A stretch of DNA of 64,000 nucleotides, from positions 768,001 through 832,000 of the forward strand of contig OZ243956.1 of assembly GCA_965214405.1 (NCBI GenBank). Direction: 5' to 3'. Positions 59,789 to 64,000 of the stretch are shown piece by piece. A model generated the notes under the pieces. It was not told the DNA's origin and ran no database searches. It saw only the letters and a program-made list of their open reading frames with translations. A program made the position numbers and the translations under genes. Positions within the stretch are counted from its first letter, which is position 1, and the number at the start of each line of letters is the position of its first letter. The stretch comes from Trueperaceae bacterium. GTDB taxonomy: Bacteria > Deinococcota > Deinococci > Deinococcales > Trueperaceae.

Positions 59789-60265
59789 TCACGGGTTCTT
59801 GAGAGGCTTGACCCACCATTCCGAAGCGACGGTGTAAGCGAGGTGTGACAGCATCTCCCGCTTGTCAGCGTCCAACTGCGCGCTCACCACCACCATCTGC
59901 GCGGCCCCGCGGGCGCGCGCCTCCGCCGCCACGGCGCTGAGCAACTTTTCACCGACGCTGCGCCAGGCTTCGTCTGCAACCACGAAGTCGTCAACGCTGC
60001 AGGTCAAGCCGCCGGGGTCATAGACCGGCGGCGCGGGTATGAGGCTGCCGATGATGAAGCCTTCGACGACGCCACCCTGTTCGTACACCAGACCGATGAC
60101 GTCTTCTCGCTCCAAAAGCTGAGCGAGAAAAGCCCGCTGCTTCTCGGCGGAATCGTCGGCCTTGCGCCAGAACACGGGCTGATACGACGCGTATTGAGCG
60201 CGTTTTTGCTCTGAGAGCGCGACGACGGCGGCAACGTCGGCCGGTCCGGCCTTCCTGATGCTCAT
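59789..60265 (-). CDS. GNAT family N-acetyltransferase
   Basis: IRKA...APPVYDPGGLTCSVDDF...WRSVGEKLL; leaderless start at 60265. Confidence 0.8.
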   Translation of the reverse strand: MSIRKAGPADVAAVVALSEQKRAQYASYQPVFWRKADDSAEKQRAFLAQLLEREDVIGLVYEQGGVVEGFIIGSLIPAPPVYDPGGLTCSVDDFVVADEAWRSVGEKLLSAVAAEARARGAAQMVVVSAQLDADKREMLSHLAYTVASEWWVKPLKNP

Positions 60266-60389
60266 GCAAACAGTATGACATGCCTGTATTGTATAGCTGA
60301 TTGCGTGGCTGGGAGCTGTTCTACCGCCTCTTAACGAAGCACTCACGGTCCCCCCGCCAAAGGGTGATAGCATACTTCAGGAGGTATGA

Positions 60390-61535
60390 ATGCGCTACGC
60401 CGCGCTACTCACAGTTTTTTTGCTACTTACGGGCTGCGTGCCTCAACAGGAGGACGCCTTGCGCCTTCACGATGTTTCGCTCTACAACGTTAGTAACGAC
60501 ACTAACGTCAATAACACGACCAGCAACACGCTCTACGGCTACTTTTACGGTGCCCCCACCCAAACGGCGGGCGTGACGGGTGGCGGGACGACGGGGGGAA
60601 GCGCGGCAAGCGCAACGAGCCTCACCGTCGGGGGACGCACGCTCGAGCTGACCGAGGGGACCCATAGCGCACCCCTGGCCGTCGAAAACGCCCTGCTGGT
60701 CAACGGCGAGCCTTACCTCAGCCAGCCGCTTGACGCCGTTCAAACGCCCTTCGAAGTAAGCCGCGTGCCCTTTTCGACCGACGTGGTCGTGCGTACGGGC
60801 GAGGGGTTGCAGGCGCTTCTCTATTGGGACGGCAACCGCTGGTTCACGCTGTTAAGCGACCCGCAGCCCGGCTTCGACGCGCGCGTGTCGCCTCAGGACC
60901 GCCCCGAGGGCTTGCGCGGGGCGGGTCAACTCACGCGGCAGGAGGCGGCGGCGTTTGAGGGCTTCTTCTCGAGCCGCGGCCCCCTGGTCGTGGGCGTGCT
61001 CGCAACGCCGCCCACCCGGCCCCGCTCCGTGGGCGGTCTGGACGAATATCTGCGCACCGCGCTGGTGGTGCAAGAGGGGCTCGAGACGGATACAAACATC
61101 ACCGTCACGCCCGTGCGCGAACTCGTCTGGGACGTTCTGGCGAGCGGCAACCAGGCCTCCGCGGGCGACACCGCGCAGTTTGAGATTGCCACGACGCAAG
61201 AAGCGTTCGTGCGCTTGTGGAACATGGCTTACGGCTCGCAGCTCACCCTGCCGCCGATTCCGCCCATCGACTTTCGCCGCGAGAGCGTGCTCGGCTTTTT
61301 TCTAGGCACCCGCTCCACAGGCGGCTACGGCGTCGAGGTGCGCGACGTGACCACCGAGGGCGGCGAATACTACGTCAACGTCCTCGTACGCGAGCCCGGC
61401 CCCGGCACCATCACCACCCAGGCCATCACCTCGCCCTGGGTGCTCGTCCGCGTGCCCCGCCCCGACATCAGCGTGGCGTGGTTTCGCTCCGCGGAGACGG
61501 GGGAGTTGATTGGGGTGGCGAGGGAGACGAAGTAG
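60390..61535 (+). CDS. Lipoprotein with PrcB C-terminal domain
   Basis: Lipobox LTGC; FLGTRSTGGYGV...TTQAITSPWVLV. Confidence 0.8.
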   Translation: MRYAALLTVFLLLTGCVPQQEDALRLHDVSLYNVSNDTNVNNTTSNTLYGYFYGAPTQTAGVTGGGTTGGSAASATSLTVGGRTLELTEGTHSAPLAVENALLVNGEPYLSQPLDAVQTPFEVSRVPFSTDVVVRTGEGLQALLYWDGNRWFTLLSDPQPGFDARVSPQDRPEGLRGAGQLTRQEAAAFEGFFSSRGPLVVGVLATPPTRPRSVGGLDEYLRTALVVQEGLETDTNITVTPVRELVWDVLASGNQASAGDTAQFEIATTQEAFVRLWNMAYGSQLTLPPIPPIDFRRESVLGFFLGTRSTGGYGVEVRDVTTEGGEYYVNVLVREPGPGTITTQAITSPWVLVRVPRPDISVAWFRSAETGELIGVARETK

Positions 61536-61568
61536 AGGTGAGTGGGTGGCTCAGATTAGGAAATCAGA

Positions 61569-62231
61569 TTAGGAAACAAGACGCGCCTTCTCACGCCGCC
61601 GCACCAGCCACGACGCGCCGAGGCTCACCGCCAGCAGCCCCAACGAGGCGAGCAAGTACCACGCGTTAAAGGTCACGCGCGCCGCGCCCAGATCGCCCTC
61701 AACCGACGCGCCCACCAGCACGCCGGTTAGGAGGCCCGGCGCGCCACCCACGGCGGTTGCAAGGATGAACGCCGAAAACGAGATGCGTAAAAAGCCCGAG
61801 GCGTAGTTGATAAAGTCACCCGGAAGGGCGAGCAAGCGGCCCAGCAAGACGGTCTCAAAAGAGCGACTGCGTAAACGGGAGACGAAGTCTCCTTCGGCGC
61901 GCTCGAGCCCTCCCGCCCCAAAAAAGCGCCCAATCGCGTAAGCGAGCCCCGACGAGAGGAGCGTAGCGACCAGCGCGTAAAGCCCCCCCCACACCGCGCC
62001 GAAAAGAAAGCCCGAAGCAACGGTCAAAAAGGTCACCGGCAGGAGCGTGAGCGGCCTCACCAGATACGCCCCGAAAAGCACAAAAGGTGCCGCCGCGCTC
62101 CCGGGCGCGCGCTCCAACCATCCGCCGAGAAGTCCCAGAGGACTCACACCCCGGACGCGCGCCGCGACAAAAAGTGTGAGGAGGAGCGCGAGCCAGAAGC
62201 CGAGCACGGTAAAGCGTTGCCAGCGCGTCAT
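61569..62231 (-). CDS. TVP38/TMEM64 (DedA/VTT) membrane protein
   Basis: Hydrophobic; RPLTLLP, GRFFG, LPGDFINYASG. Confidence 0.85.
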   Translation of the reverse strand: MTRWQRFTVLGFWLALLLTLFVAARVRGVSPLGLLGGWLERAPGSAAAPFVLFGAYLVRPLTLLPVTFLTVASGFLFGAVWGGLYALVATLLSSGLAYAIGRFFGAGGLERAEGDFVSRLRSRSFETVLLGRLLALPGDFINYASGFLRISFSAFILATAVGGAPGLLTGVLVGASVEGDLGAARVTFNAWYLLASLGLLAVSLGASWLVRRREKARLVS

Positions 62232-62371
62232 AAGGTTCTCGTCACAAGCTCATCATAAAGATGTTTGCACAAGAAGGAGAGTGGATGTTTTACAGCCCGG
62301 AGCATTTCAGAAACCCTTAAATCCTCAAAGCCACCGTGCCGGGTGAGAGTGAGACGGTGACGCTCTGTTGG

Positions 62372-62469
62372 GATCCCCCTAGCCCCCCTTGATAAGGGGG
62401 GAACAGTGCAAAAGTCTCCCTTCTCAAGGGGGATTTGTCCGAATGAGGTGAGAACCTCATCGGGGGATC
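62372..62469. repeat. REP/MITE-like palindromic element
   Basis: Terminal GATCCCCC/GGGGGATC; internal CCCCCCTT-gat-AAGGGGGG and CCCTT-ctc-AAGGG hairpins. Confidence 0.8.
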
Positions 62470-62535
62470 GGTTTTCGGTAAGACCCACTCAGCTATTCAT
62501 CAATACTTTCCACTCACTCGGCACTCGGTACTGTC

Positions 62536-64000
<1,465 letters not shown>

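Overview
A GC-rich (about 60-65% by eye) bacterial chromosomal segment, most likely Deinococcota (Truepera-like). This rests on the HflX, DnaX and PrcB-like protein types and on many leaderless genes. The left half (1-34 kb) is an accessory catabolic region. It holds the end of a sugar-utilisation operon, an aerobic anthranilate (2-aminobenzoyl-CoA) degradation operon, a penicillin/AHL-acylase family gene and a split ThDP-dependent decarboxylase pair. It also holds an AT-rich Lit-like HExxH peptidase, an isatin-hydrolase-type cyclase with a premature stop, two Liv-type ABC transporter operons with PLP enzymes and a cupin, a PIN/Phd toxin-antitoxin pair, an AHL-lactonase-like gene and a YhcG nuclease. 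The right half (34-64 kb) is mostly housekeeping (msrB, thiolase, pncB, hflX, topA, recR, ybaB, dnaX and others), with a patch of decayed genes at 43-45.5 kb. The strongest signals are: (1) a complete programmed -1 frameshift cassette in dnaX (SD + A_AAA_AAG + 9-bp hairpin) with logic inverted relative to E. coli; (2) a putative isatin -> isatinate -> 2-aminobenzaldehyde -> anthraniloyl-CoA funnel; (3) hflX starting at ATC behind a long leader with a uORF; (4) TopA fused to a sigma-70 region-4-like HTH; (5) a heavily over-represented CTCGAG palindrome. No rRNA, tRNA, CRISPR array or intact transposase was seen. All family calls come from motif recognition only; no searches were run.
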